Below are positions 47,137-55,649 of a DNA stretch of 64,000 nucleotides, in pieces. The DNA is from Bacteroidota bacterium (GTDB lineage Bacteria; Bacteroidota; Bacteroidia; AKYH767-A; 2013-40CM-41-45): positions 329,293-393,292 of the forward strand of contig JADKJP010000007.1 of the NCBI GenBank assembly GCA_016720935.1, read 5' to 3'. The position numbers and the translations under genes were made by a program. The notes under the pieces were generated by a model. The model worked only from the letters and a program-made list of their open reading frames with translations, was not told the origin of the DNA and ran no database searches. Every line of letters starts with the position of its first letter. Within the stretch, counting starts at the first letter, position 1.

Positions 47137-47631
47137 CCAAAATCTATTCTTGTCGGAATTATCATGGGCAGTCAGTCTGATCTGCAAATCATGAATGAAG
47201 CAGCTCAGATTTTATCCAAATTAAACATAGGTTATGAAATATCCATCGTTTCCGCTCACCGTACACCGGAGAGAATGTTTGATTACGCGAAAGAAGCGGC
47301 TGGCAGAGGTCTGAAAGTTATCATCGCCGGAGCCGGTGGCGCCGCGCATTTACCGGGAATGGTAGCATCGCTTACTCCCCTTCCCGTCATTGGTGTTCCT
47401 ATTCGTTCCAGCAATTCTATTGATGGTTGGGATTCTGTTCTTTCCATTCTCCAAATGCCCAATGGTGTTCCCGTCGCGACTGTCGCTCTCAACGCAGCAC
47501 AAAATGCAGGAATTCTCGCCGCACAAATTATCGGATCTTCAAATGCCGAAGTACTCGAGAGAGTTTCAAAATTCAAAGAAGAATTGAAAGAAAAAGTCAT
47601 CAAAAGCAACAACGAAATTTCTCCTTCCTGA
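47137..47631 (+). CDS. purE: N5-CAIR mutase
   Basis: VGIIMGSQSDL and AGGAAHLPGMVAS are present. I chose the start at the internal Met MPKSIL. Confidence 0.9.
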   Translation, partial: PKSILVGIIMGSQSDLQIMNEAAQILSKLNIGYEISIVSAHRTPERMFDYAKEAAGRGLKVIIAGAGGAAHLPGMVASLTPLPVIGVPIRSSNSIDGWDSVLSILQMPNGVPVATVALNAAQNAGILAAQIIGSSNAEVLERVSKFKEELKEKVIKSNNEISPS

Positions 47632-47741
47632 TCAATAGTTTTTTTTTCATCACATATTATCCATCCTGAAAGTTCCACCTCTTGAGGGGTTATTCCTGAA
47701 TCAAATGCATTTTATTTTCGTCGGCACAATCAGTCGACACA

Positions 47742-48554
47742 ATGCATTTGAAATATATTTGCGGATTTATTCTCTACTACAGCCTTGCATCAGGCTCCTC
47801 CTCCGTTCCGATGAATGCTCACCAGGCGGGACTGGCAGGGCTCGGCACAACAGTGAAGAATTCGTTTTCAGCTTTTCAAAACCCTTCGCTCTCTGCACTA
47901 TCAGAGCATCCCTCTTTTTGTCTTGGCGCGGAAAATAAATATTTCATTTCTGAACTTCAGTCTTACCTGTTCCAGGGAACTATTCCAATAAAATCAGGGT
48001 CAGCTATTGGTGTATCCGGATACAGAACCGGGACAAAGGATTTTTTTGAAAGAAGACTTGGAGTTCATTATGCAAGAAAGCTTTCTGGAAAATTATACGG
48101 AGGAATAGAAATTTTCCATCAGCTATACAAAGTGAACGAAGGGAATTACTCGCCATTAGGAAACTGGTCGGGCATCATCGGAGTGTATTCCAAACCGCTT
48201 CCTTTTCTTGAAGTGGGTGCAACACTTCACAATCCCGCAAATTTTCACAGAAAGAAAAATCAAACTGAATTGCTTTCTCCGGCATTAAACTTAGGTGTAT
48301 CCTGGATGCTGTCGTCTAAATTATTCATGAGAATGGAGCTTTCTCAAAATGCCGGTAACGGGACAATTTTGATGAATGCACTGGAATACAAACCCGGCGA
48401 ACGTCTCATTGTTCGCGCCGGGTACAAAACAAATCCATCGCAACCGGCATTTGGATTTGGCTTACTCGTGAACAAAATGAAACTGGATGCTGCTTGCATG
48501 TATCATCCTGTTCTTGGTTTTTATCCTTCGGTTTCAATTAGCCAGGAACTATGA
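47742..48554 (+). CDS. Hypothetical secreted or outer-membrane protein (weak PorP/SprF-like N-terminal resemblance), first gene of a two-gene operon
   Basis: 270 aa. The N-terminal hydrophobic segment is followed by SFSAFQNPSLSA, which loosely recalls the PorP/SprF FNP..NPAYAG motif. It is beta-rich. A 4-bp overlap with the next gene indicates translational coupling. Confidence 0.4.
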   Translation: MHLKYICGFILYYSLASGSSSVPMNAHQAGLAGLGTTVKNSFSAFQNPSLSALSEHPSFCLGAENKYFISELQSYLFQGTIPIKSGSAIGVSGYRTGTKDFFERRLGVHYARKLSGKLYGGIEIFHQLYKVNEGNYSPLGNWSGIIGVYSKPLPFLEVGATLHNPANFHRKKNQTELLSPALNLGVSWMLSSKLFMRMELSQNAGNGTILMNALEYKPGERLIVRAGYKTNPSQPAFGFGLLVNKMKLDAACMYHPVLGFYPSVSISQEL

Positions 48555-50581
48555 AGTATTTACTTGCTTTCCTGCTCAGTTTTTTCTGGTTTCAAAATTT
48601 CTGTTTTTCTCAAAACAAACAAACAGAAGAATTGCCTTTATCCATTCGTAACGATTTTGAAACGATGGCAGCGAATGGAAGCAATCCTGAAAATATTCAG
48701 GAATATCAAGAGCAGATAGCGGAATACAGAAAACATCCATTGCAGCTAAACAAAAGTTCATTGGAAGAACTGGAACAATTTCCATTCTTTACAAATCAAC
48801 AAGCAAAAGCGATTATTGAACATCGGGAAAAATTCGGACCGATCAGAGCAATAGAGGAATTGCAGGTGATCTCAGAATTTTCTTTAGACGAAATCCGCAG
48901 ACTGTCAGGAACCGTGAGTTTGGGAAATATAAACGAGGGAATGAAAGCCAATGCGAAAAACTTATTGCTGAAAGCGGATCAGTCGCTGACATTAAGGTTT
49001 CAGCAAAGTTTATCAGGCAATGCATCTTCCGAAGAATATTCCGGTCCTCCCTATAAGTTGTATGCTCGCTATAAATACCGCTTTGAAAACAGATTTCGTT
49101 TTAGCATCACAGGAGAAAAAGATCCGGGAGAAAGTTTTTTCAATGCGAATCAGAAAAAAGGATTTGACTTTACAAGCGCTTATTTTGAATACCAGTCAAA
49201 AGGAATGATAAAAAAAATCATTGTTGGTGATTACGCTGTTCAATTTGGACAAGGGTTGGTGATGTGGTCGGGTTTTGGTTTTGGAAAAAGCTCTGAAACG
49301 GTTTTGATCAAGAAAAATGCGAGAGGCATTATCCCCTATTCTTCCACTGATGAAAACAGTTATTTCCGGGGAATTGCAGCCCGGGTCGCGATCAGGAAAT
49401 TTTACTCTGAACTATTTTATTCGAAACACAATTTAGATGGAAATCTTCAACAAAGCGTTTCGGGAAACTATATCACTTCCTTGCAAACCACGGGTTATCA
49501 TCGAACATCGGGAGAACTGGCAGACAAACATTCTCAAACAGAAGAAATTTACGGAACTAGTTTGACTTATTCCTCCAGGCGCTTCAACACAGGAATAATT
49601 GGATATTTTACCCGTTTTGAACTTCCTTTTACAAAAAACACAACCACTTACAGTCGTTTCGATTTTAATGAAAAGGAAAATCTGAATGCAGGATTCCATT
49701 ACAATTATCTTTACCGGAATATCAACTTATTCGGCGAAGCTGGTATGAGCAAATCCGGAGGAATGGCACTGCTCCAGGGAGTGATCACACAACTCAGTCA
49801 AAACCTTGGTGCATCATTGATGGTACGTCATTACGAAAGAAATTACCAGGCATTGAAGGCGCATGGTTTCAGTGAAAACTCTTATACAGGAAATGAATCC
49901 GGTTGGTATATGGGACTGAACTGGAAAATCAATCGAATGATTGCTTTGTCGGGATATGCGGATATTTTTCAATTTCCATGGTTAAAATATCAGGTTGATC
50001 TTCCATCACAAGGTTCTGAAAACCTGGTGCAGGTTTCCTGGATTCCCAGGAAAACAATAGAGATGTACGGACGATACCGGATTCAACAAAAAGAAGAAAA
50101 CGAAATTGCTCCGGATGGAAAATTGCATTCTCTGACAAACAGTGTTCAACAAAACATCCGATGGAATCTGCGGATGGATCTGGATGAAACCTGGGAATGG
50201 AGCAGCCGCTTTGAATATATCCAGACAAGAAAAGGAGTTTCAAAACCCATGAAAGGCTTTGCACTTTATCAGGAAATCTTTTACCATCCTTTGAAAAGTA
50301 AAATTTCAGGATCAGTACGTTATGCTTTGTTCAATTGTCCGGATTATGATGCCAGAATATACTCTTATGAAAATGATGTTTTATACTCCTACTCTATCCC
50401 GGCTTCCTATGGAACCGGAAACAGGTTTTATATAAACCTCAGGTATCGTGTATTTCGAGGAATGAATCTCTGGTTCAAGTATGCATCAACAAGTTTTTCA
50501 AAACTACCGGCAACAGCAGATCCGGACGAATCAAACAATCTGAAATCAGAATATAAAATGCAGATGATTTTTCAGTTTTAG
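48551..50581 (+). CDS. Outer-membrane beta-barrel-like protein with an N-terminal periplasmic ComEA-like helix-hairpin-helix (HhH) DNA-binding module
   Basis: The signal peptide is MKYLLAFLLSFFWFQNFCFSQ. Residues ~60-120 read LNKSSLEELEQFPFFTNQQAKAIIEHREKFGPIRAIEELQVISEFSLDEIRRL, which matches the ComEA HhH pattern (L-N-x-A-S-x-E-E-L ... A-x-x-I-I-x-x-R-E-x-x-G-P-F ... L). The remaining ~540 aa show alternating beta-strand-like hydrophobicity and a C-terminal aromatic residue (…QMIFQF). Confidence 0.6.
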   Translation: MKYLLAFLLSFFWFQNFCFSQNKQTEELPLSIRNDFETMAANGSNPENIQEYQEQIAEYRKHPLQLNKSSLEELEQFPFFTNQQAKAIIEHREKFGPIRAIEELQVISEFSLDEIRRLSGTVSLGNINEGMKANAKNLLLKADQSLTLRFQQSLSGNASSEEYSGPPYKLYARYKYRFENRFRFSITGEKDPGESFFNANQKKGFDFTSAYFEYQSKGMIKKIIVGDYAVQFGQGLVMWSGFGFGKSSETVLIKKNARGIIPYSSTDENSYFRGIAARVAIRKFYSELFYSKHNLDGNLQQSVSGNYITSLQTTGYHRTSGELADKHSQTEEIYGTSLTYSSRRFNTGIIGYFTRFELPFTKNTTTYSRFDFNEKENLNAGFHYNYLYRNINLFGEAGMSKSGGMALLQGVITQLSQNLGASLMVRHYERNYQALKAHGFSENSYTGNESGWYMGLNWKINRMIALSGYADIFQFPWLKYQVDLPSQGSENLVQVSWIPRKTIEMYGRYRIQQKEENEIAPDGKLHSLTNSVQQNIRWNLRMDLDETWEWSSRFEYIQTRKGVSKPMKGFALYQEIFYHPLKSKISGSVRYALFNCPDYDARIYSYENDVLYSYSIPASYGTGNRFYINLRYRVFRGMNLWFKYASTSFSKLPATADPDESNNLKSEYKMQMIFQF

Positions 50582-51819
50582 CTGATCTTTTGTACACTAA
50601 AACCGGAAGAACTCAGTTGGTTCCAAAACTCAGGATATGATTTTTGCACGACCGAGATATCGTCCAATTTCACTGTACCGAAAATTTGCGATAGTGGTGC
50701 CAATGCCATGGCAATGCGATGATCCTGGTGTGTGTGAAAAGTTCTGTCAGGCGGACTCAGTTTCTGATTGGGAAGCAACAATTCATCCTGAGCATCATTG
50801 AGCTGATATTTCAATCCGCATTTCCCGAGTTCTCCAAGTAAAACCGACAAGCGATCAGACTCTTTATGCTTCAGATTTGACAAAGAAGAAAATCTTGCTT
50901 CAGCACTAAGAGCGGCACAAGCTACAAGCATCGGAGGGAACAAATCCGGACAATTTTTAAAATCAAAATGAAAAGGAGCGGTCTGCGACCAGGAAGAAAA
51001 ACCCTGAGAAACAATTTTGGCTCCATCTTTTTCAAAAACAGTCTCAACTCCGAGTGATTTCATCCAATCTGCAACCTGTGAATCTCCCTGCAACGTATCA
51101 GCCTGCAATCCTTCAAGAAAAAAAACTCTGCCCGGTGAGAGCGCGGAAATCAGATACCAAAATGAAGCGGAACTCCAATCTGTTTCCACGATCATTTCCT
51201 TTCCCTGATACGATTGATGAGGAACATGAATCTCATTTCCTTTTCGTTGTGCCTGTACTCCAAAGCGGGACATGAGATCCAAAGTCATTTGAATATAAGG
51301 CCTGGAAACAATTTCACCTTCCAAACGAATCTGCAATCCTTCCTCAAGCAAGGGAGCAATCATCAAGAGAGCGGAAATAAATTGGGAACTGATTCCCGCA
51401 TCGATACTGACGATGCCTCCTGCAATATCTTTTCCTTCGATTTGAAGCGGAGGAAATCCGGGAACTCCCAGATAAGTGATATTCGCTCCCAGCTGATTCA
51501 AGGCATTTACAAGCGGACCGACCGGGCGTTCATTCATTCTTTTGCTTCCTTTCAACACATGAATTCCTGGTTGAATGGCGAGGTAGGCAACAAGAAACCG
51601 AAAAACAGTTCCCGCATCGCGGGCATCCAGTTCTTTATGATCTCCTTTTAATAGTGAATTGAGCAGTACTGTATCTTCCGCTGTGGCAAGATTATGAAGT
51701 GTAATAGGCTCTTTGCTTAAAGCCTGTATCATCATCAAGCGATTGGAAATACTTTTTGAGCTTGTCAGTTTTATATGGCAAGTCTCCTGGATTTGTGATC
51801 CGGAAATTAAAAATGGCAT
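50578..51819 (-). CDS. aroA: 3-phosphoshikimate 1-carboxyvinyltransferase (EPSP synthase)
   Basis: 413 aa. The motifs LTSSKSISNRLMMIQALS and R..D....D..Q are present. It overlaps aroB, so they form an operon. Confidence 0.9.
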   Translation of the reverse strand: MPFLISGSQIQETCHIKLTSSKSISNRLMMIQALSKEPITLHNLATAEDTVLLNSLLKGDHKELDARDAGTVFRFLVAYLAIQPGIHVLKGSKRMNERPVGPLVNALNQLGANITYLGVPGFPPLQIEGKDIAGGIVSIDAGISSQFISALLMIAPLLEEGLQIRLEGEIVSRPYIQMTLDLMSRFGVQAQRKGNEIHVPHQSYQGKEMIVETDWSSASFWYLISALSPGRVFFLEGLQADTLQGDSQVADWMKSLGVETVFEKDGAKIVSQGFSSWSQTAPFHFDFKNCPDLFPPMLVACAALSAEARFSSLSNLKHKESDRLSVLLGELGKCGLKYQLNDAQDELLLPNQKLSPPDRTFHTHQDHRIAMALAPLSQIFGTVKLDDISVVQKSYPEFWNQLSSSGFSVQKIS

Positions 51820-52914
51820 TCAGGAAGAATAAGTAGTTTGGTGAAAACGATCCAGCATAAATTTCAGTGCCTCGAGGATGTCCTTTTCTTCCGGTTGCTG
51901 ATGGATCACTGGTGATCCGATATCTTTTAAGAGTACAAAATGAGTATCCTTTCCGACACTTTTTTTATCATGAGAAATAAGGGAAAGAATCTGGTTCATT
52001 TCCGCTTGAATCCTTGATAATTTAAAATGGGAAATAATAAAATCAACGATTTCATCCAGCTTCTGCTGAGGGAAACCCATGATTTTGTGTGAAAGGTAAA
52101 GTTCGCCGACCATACCTGCCGCCACTGCTTCACCGTGTTTTAATGGATCAGCATAATGGCGCATGGAATAACTTTCCAAAGCATGACCAATGGTATGACC
52201 GAAATTCAACGTCTTGCGCAGATTTTTTTCTTTGAAATCAGCAGCGACAATTTGCCTTTTGATCTGAACAGAAGTCGCGATCAAAGGATTCCAGTCGACA
52301 TTGTCGAGTGAAGCGATTTTCTTTATTTCATTCCAGTGACGCGGATCAGCGATCAGAGAATGTTTGATCAGTTCCGCAAAACCCGCGCAAATGTCACGGT
52401 GTGGAAGTGTTTTGAGAAACAAAGGCGAGATGCAAACAGCCAGTGGTTGTGTAAATGTGCCGACCTGGTTTTTCAAGCCGGACAAATTGATTCCGTTCTT
52501 CCCTCCTGCCGATGCATCGACCATGGCAAGCAAAGTCGTTGGGATATTGACAAAGGAAATTCCACGCATATACGTAGCCGCGACAAACCCGCCAAGATCG
52601 CCGATCATTCCACCACCCAGGTTAATCAGGAGTGAATGTCTGTCAGCATTGCATTGAGTGAGTTGGTTCCATAGATTTTCGCAACTGGCTAGATTCTTAT
52701 TATGTTCACCTGAATGCACTCTCAGGATGTGAGAGGATTGAAGCGAAGGAGTATTCTCAAGAAATGTTGGCAGACACAATCTCTCTGTGATCTCATCTAC
52801 CAGAATAAAAGTACTGTAGGTACGATGTTGTCTTTTTAAAAACTGATCCAATGCCGAAAAAACATCATTGCCAAGAATGATTTCAGATGTTGTGGATGAA
52901 TGAATGACTTGCAT
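51820..52914 (-). CDS. aroB: 3-dehydroquinate synthase
   Basis: NAD-binding GGGMIGDLGGFVAATYMRG and metal ligands in FGHTIGHALE are present. Confidence 0.9.
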   Translation of the reverse strand: MQVIHSSTTSEIILGNDVFSALDQFLKRQHRTYSTFILVDEITERLCLPTFLENTPSLQSSHILRVHSGEHNKNLASCENLWNQLTQCNADRHSLLINLGGGMIGDLGGFVAATYMRGISFVNIPTTLLAMVDASAGGKNGINLSGLKNQVGTFTQPLAVCISPLFLKTLPHRDICAGFAELIKHSLIADPRHWNEIKKIASLDNVDWNPLIATSVQIKRQIVAADFKEKNLRKTLNFGHTIGHALESYSMRHYADPLKHGEAVAAGMVGELYLSHKIMGFPQQKLDEIVDFIISHFKLSRIQAEMNQILSLISHDKKSVGKDTHFVLLKDIGSPVIHQQPEEKDILEALKFMLDRFHQTTYSS

Positions 52915-52920
52915 ACAATG

Positions 52921-54033
52921 TTAATGTTTCGAATCGCCGGATTCAATTTTATTCATCACTTCAGTCTGATGTTGTATGGATTCCTGGTGAATCAATTCGT
53001 AAAACTTGAAAATAAAATCCTTGCTCAGATCTTTCGTGAGTCCGGATTGCTGACGTGTTCTCAGAATTTCACTCCAACGCTCAACCTGAAGGATCGTCAT
53101 GTTGTTTTCTTTCTTGTATTGCCCGATCTCACGTGCTACACGCATGCGTTCCGCCATCAGCACAAGAATCTCTTCGTCAATTTTATCGATGCGGTTGCGC
53201 AATTCCTCGAGCAGACTCAGGAAAATAACATCCTGAACAACAGGTTGACGCACCACCAATGAATCGAGCAATTCAAAAAACAATGCAGGAGTCAGTTGTT
53301 GTTCTTTATCACTCAACGCTTTTTCGGGATCAGGATGTACTTCAATCATGAGTCCGTCGAAATTCAAATCCAGAGCGATCTGCGCGACAGACTGGATGAG
53401 ATCACGATTGCCCGAAATGTGGCTGGGATCATTGATCAACGGTAATTCCGGAAATCTTCTTTTTAATTCGATAGGTATCTGCCAGCTTGGTACATTTCTG
53501 TAACGTGATTTATCGAAGGATGAAAAGCCACGGTGAATAGCAGCTAGTTTTTGTATTCCAGCTCTTGACAACCGTTCCAATGCACCGATCCACAGTTCCA
53601 GATCAGGGTTGATTGGATTTTTTACCATCACAGGAACTTTTGCTCCTTTCAATGCATCGGCGATTTCCTGCACGAGGAAAGGATTAACAGTTGTTCTGGC
53701 ACCAATCCACAATACATCTATGCCAACCGTTAGTGCATCTTCAACATGACGGGGATGCGCAACTTCAACAGTAACCGGAATTCCATTTGCCTTACCTGCT
53801 TCTTTCAACCAGCTAAGTCCATCCTTACCAATTCCCTGAAAAGAATCCGGACGTGTTCTCGGTTTCCAGATTCCACCACGTAATAAATGAACTCTGCCTC
53901 CTTTTAATGCACCGGCTACCTGATGAATCTGTTCCTCTGATTCAACTCCACAAGGACCCGCGATAATCAGGGGATGCGAAAAGTTAAGATTCCAGTCTGC
54001 CAAAGGCAAAGTCTGAATTTGTGCTTTTTTCAT
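52921..54033 (-). CDS. Bifunctional 3-deoxy-7-phosphoheptulonate synthase (type I-beta DAHP synthase) with a C-terminal AroQ chorismate mutase domain
   Basis: The N-terminal ~270 aa are a KDO8P/DAHP-synthase TIM barrel (AGPCGVESEEQ). The C-terminal ~90 aa read EELRNRIDKIDEEILVLMAERMRVAREIGQYK, which is an AroQ chorismate mutase helix. Confidence 0.85.
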   Translation of the reverse strand: MKKAQIQTLPLADWNLNFSHPLIIAGPCGVESEEQIHQVAGALKGGRVHLLRGGIWKPRTRPDSFQGIGKDGLSWLKEAGKANGIPVTVEVAHPRHVEDALTVGIDVLWIGARTTVNPFLVQEIADALKGAKVPVMVKNPINPDLELWIGALERLSRAGIQKLAAIHRGFSSFDKSRYRNVPSWQIPIELKRRFPELPLINDPSHISGNRDLIQSVAQIALDLNFDGLMIEVHPDPEKALSDKEQQLTPALFFELLDSLVVRQPVVQDVIFLSLLEELRNRIDKIDEEILVLMAERMRVAREIGQYKKENNMTILQVERWSEILRTRQQSGLTKDLSKDFIFKFYELIHQESIQHQTEVMNKIESGDSKH

Positions 54034-54190
54034 ATTTTGACAAAGATAAGATTCTGTGGGAGTACTGCAGATGACATTTGCAATAATTTGATTATCCGCA
54101 GCTTAGACGCCATTTTTCACGCATTAGCCCTACATGATTTTTGACCTTTGCCATTCCGGCGGAATCATTTAGGTTTGTCTCCCAGAAATT

Positions 54191-55369
54191 ATGAAGAATC
54201 AACATATCTCCTTCGATGATACAGAAACCGCATTCATTTCCAAATCGAATGCTGATCTAAACCGGGCAGTAGTCCTTTTTAAAATGATCAGTTACAACTG
54301 GCTGGTCAGGATGAGTCCGCCATTTGTAAACTTCGCGATCTGGGCGCATCTCCCCATCAAAGGCCTGATCAAGGCTACGATTTTCCGGCATTTCTGTGGT
54401 GGAGAATCGATTGATGATTGTCAGCGCACCATCGAAAATCTTTCAAAATACCACATCGGTACCATTCTCGATTATTCCGTTGAAGGAAAAGAATCTGAAG
54501 CCGATTTTGATTTGGGTCTGAAACAAACTCTTGCAACAGTACAGCGAGCAAAAGGTGATTCAGGCATTCCTTTCTCTGTTTTCAAACCATCCGGATTTGT
54601 GCGTTTTGCTTTGCTTGAAAAGAAAAATGCCGGAAAAGAATTGACCAAAGACGAGCAGGAAGAATTTGAACGTTTCAAAAATCGTGTCAACACCATTTGT
54701 AAAACCGGTTTTGAAAACAATGTGCCGATTTATGTTGATGCAGAGGAAACCTGGATTCAGGATGCGGTGGATGATGTGGTTCGGGAAATGATGATGAAGT
54801 ACAACAAAGAAAAGGTGATGGTTTACAACACCATTCAGATGTACCGTACCGATCGTCTTGATTTCCTGAAAGCGGAATACCAGCATGCTGTCGCGAATAA
54901 TTATCATACCGGTTTCAAAATTGTTCGCGGTGCTTACATGGAAAAAGAACGTGAACGCGCGAAAAAAATGGGCTACCCTTCCCCTATCCAACCGGATAAA
55001 GTGGCGTCCGACAGAGATTATGATGCGGCGGTAAAATTCTGCGTGGATCACATTGATCGCATGGCCGTGTGCGCGGGAACACACAACGAACAAAGCTGTT
55101 TGAATCTCGTCGCTTTGATGGAAGAAAAAAAATTACCACACAATCATCCGAATATCTGGTTCTCTCAATTGTATGGCATGAGTGATCACATTTCATACAA
55201 TCTTTCCAAGAAAGGATACAATGTGAGCAAATACGTTCCCTATGGTCCTGTAACTTCTGTTCTTCCTTATCTCATTCGCAGAGCCCAGGAAAATACTTCC
55301 GCTGCCGGACAAATGGGACGCGAGCTTTCTTTGTTGATGATGGAGAAGAAAAGGAGAAGTGGGAAGTGA
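54191..55369 (+). CDS. Proline dehydrogenase (PRODH family, monofunctional)
   Basis: 392 aa. The PRODH beta8-alpha8 barrel motifs FRHFCGGE, LDYSVEGKE and the C-terminal ...LIRRAQENTSAAGQ are present. Confidence 0.8.
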   Translation: MKNQHISFDDTETAFISKSNADLNRAVVLFKMISYNWLVRMSPPFVNFAIWAHLPIKGLIKATIFRHFCGGESIDDCQRTIENLSKYHIGTILDYSVEGKESEADFDLGLKQTLATVQRAKGDSGIPFSVFKPSGFVRFALLEKKNAGKELTKDEQEEFERFKNRVNTICKTGFENNVPIYVDAEETWIQDAVDDVVREMMMKYNKEKVMVYNTIQMYRTDRLDFLKAEYQHAVANNYHTGFKIVRGAYMEKERERAKKMGYPSPIQPDKVASDRDYDAAVKFCVDHIDRMAVCAGTHNEQSCLNLVALMEEKKLPHNHPNIWFSQLYGMSDHISYNLSKKGYNVSKYVPYGPVTSVLPYLIRRAQENTSAAGQMGRELSLLMMEKKRRSGK

Positions 55370-55649
55370 GAAGAATCAATTCAAAAGGCAAAATTGAGTG
55401 AATAAGTAGGACGGTGCTTTTCTTTGCATCGAAGTGAATCAATATTTTAAATTTAACTAACTCTAGTTTAAAGTCGAGACTAAAATTCTCTTTCAATTAC
55501 GTGAAAGAAATTTTCGGAGGAAATGGGATTTTTCAAGCGTTTAGTTTTGTGGTTGCATCGAAATCAATAAATATGTATTTATTTTCGCTATTCATCCAAC
55601 GAGAATTGTAAATTCACAATTATCCTACATTGTATTCACAATACATATA

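Noticed and set aside
54560-55093. A 177-aa minus-strand ORF overlapping the proline dehydrogenase gene
   Set aside because: It is a shadow ORF. The PRODH frame carries conserved family motifs, while the antisense product is His/Phe-rich nonsense.
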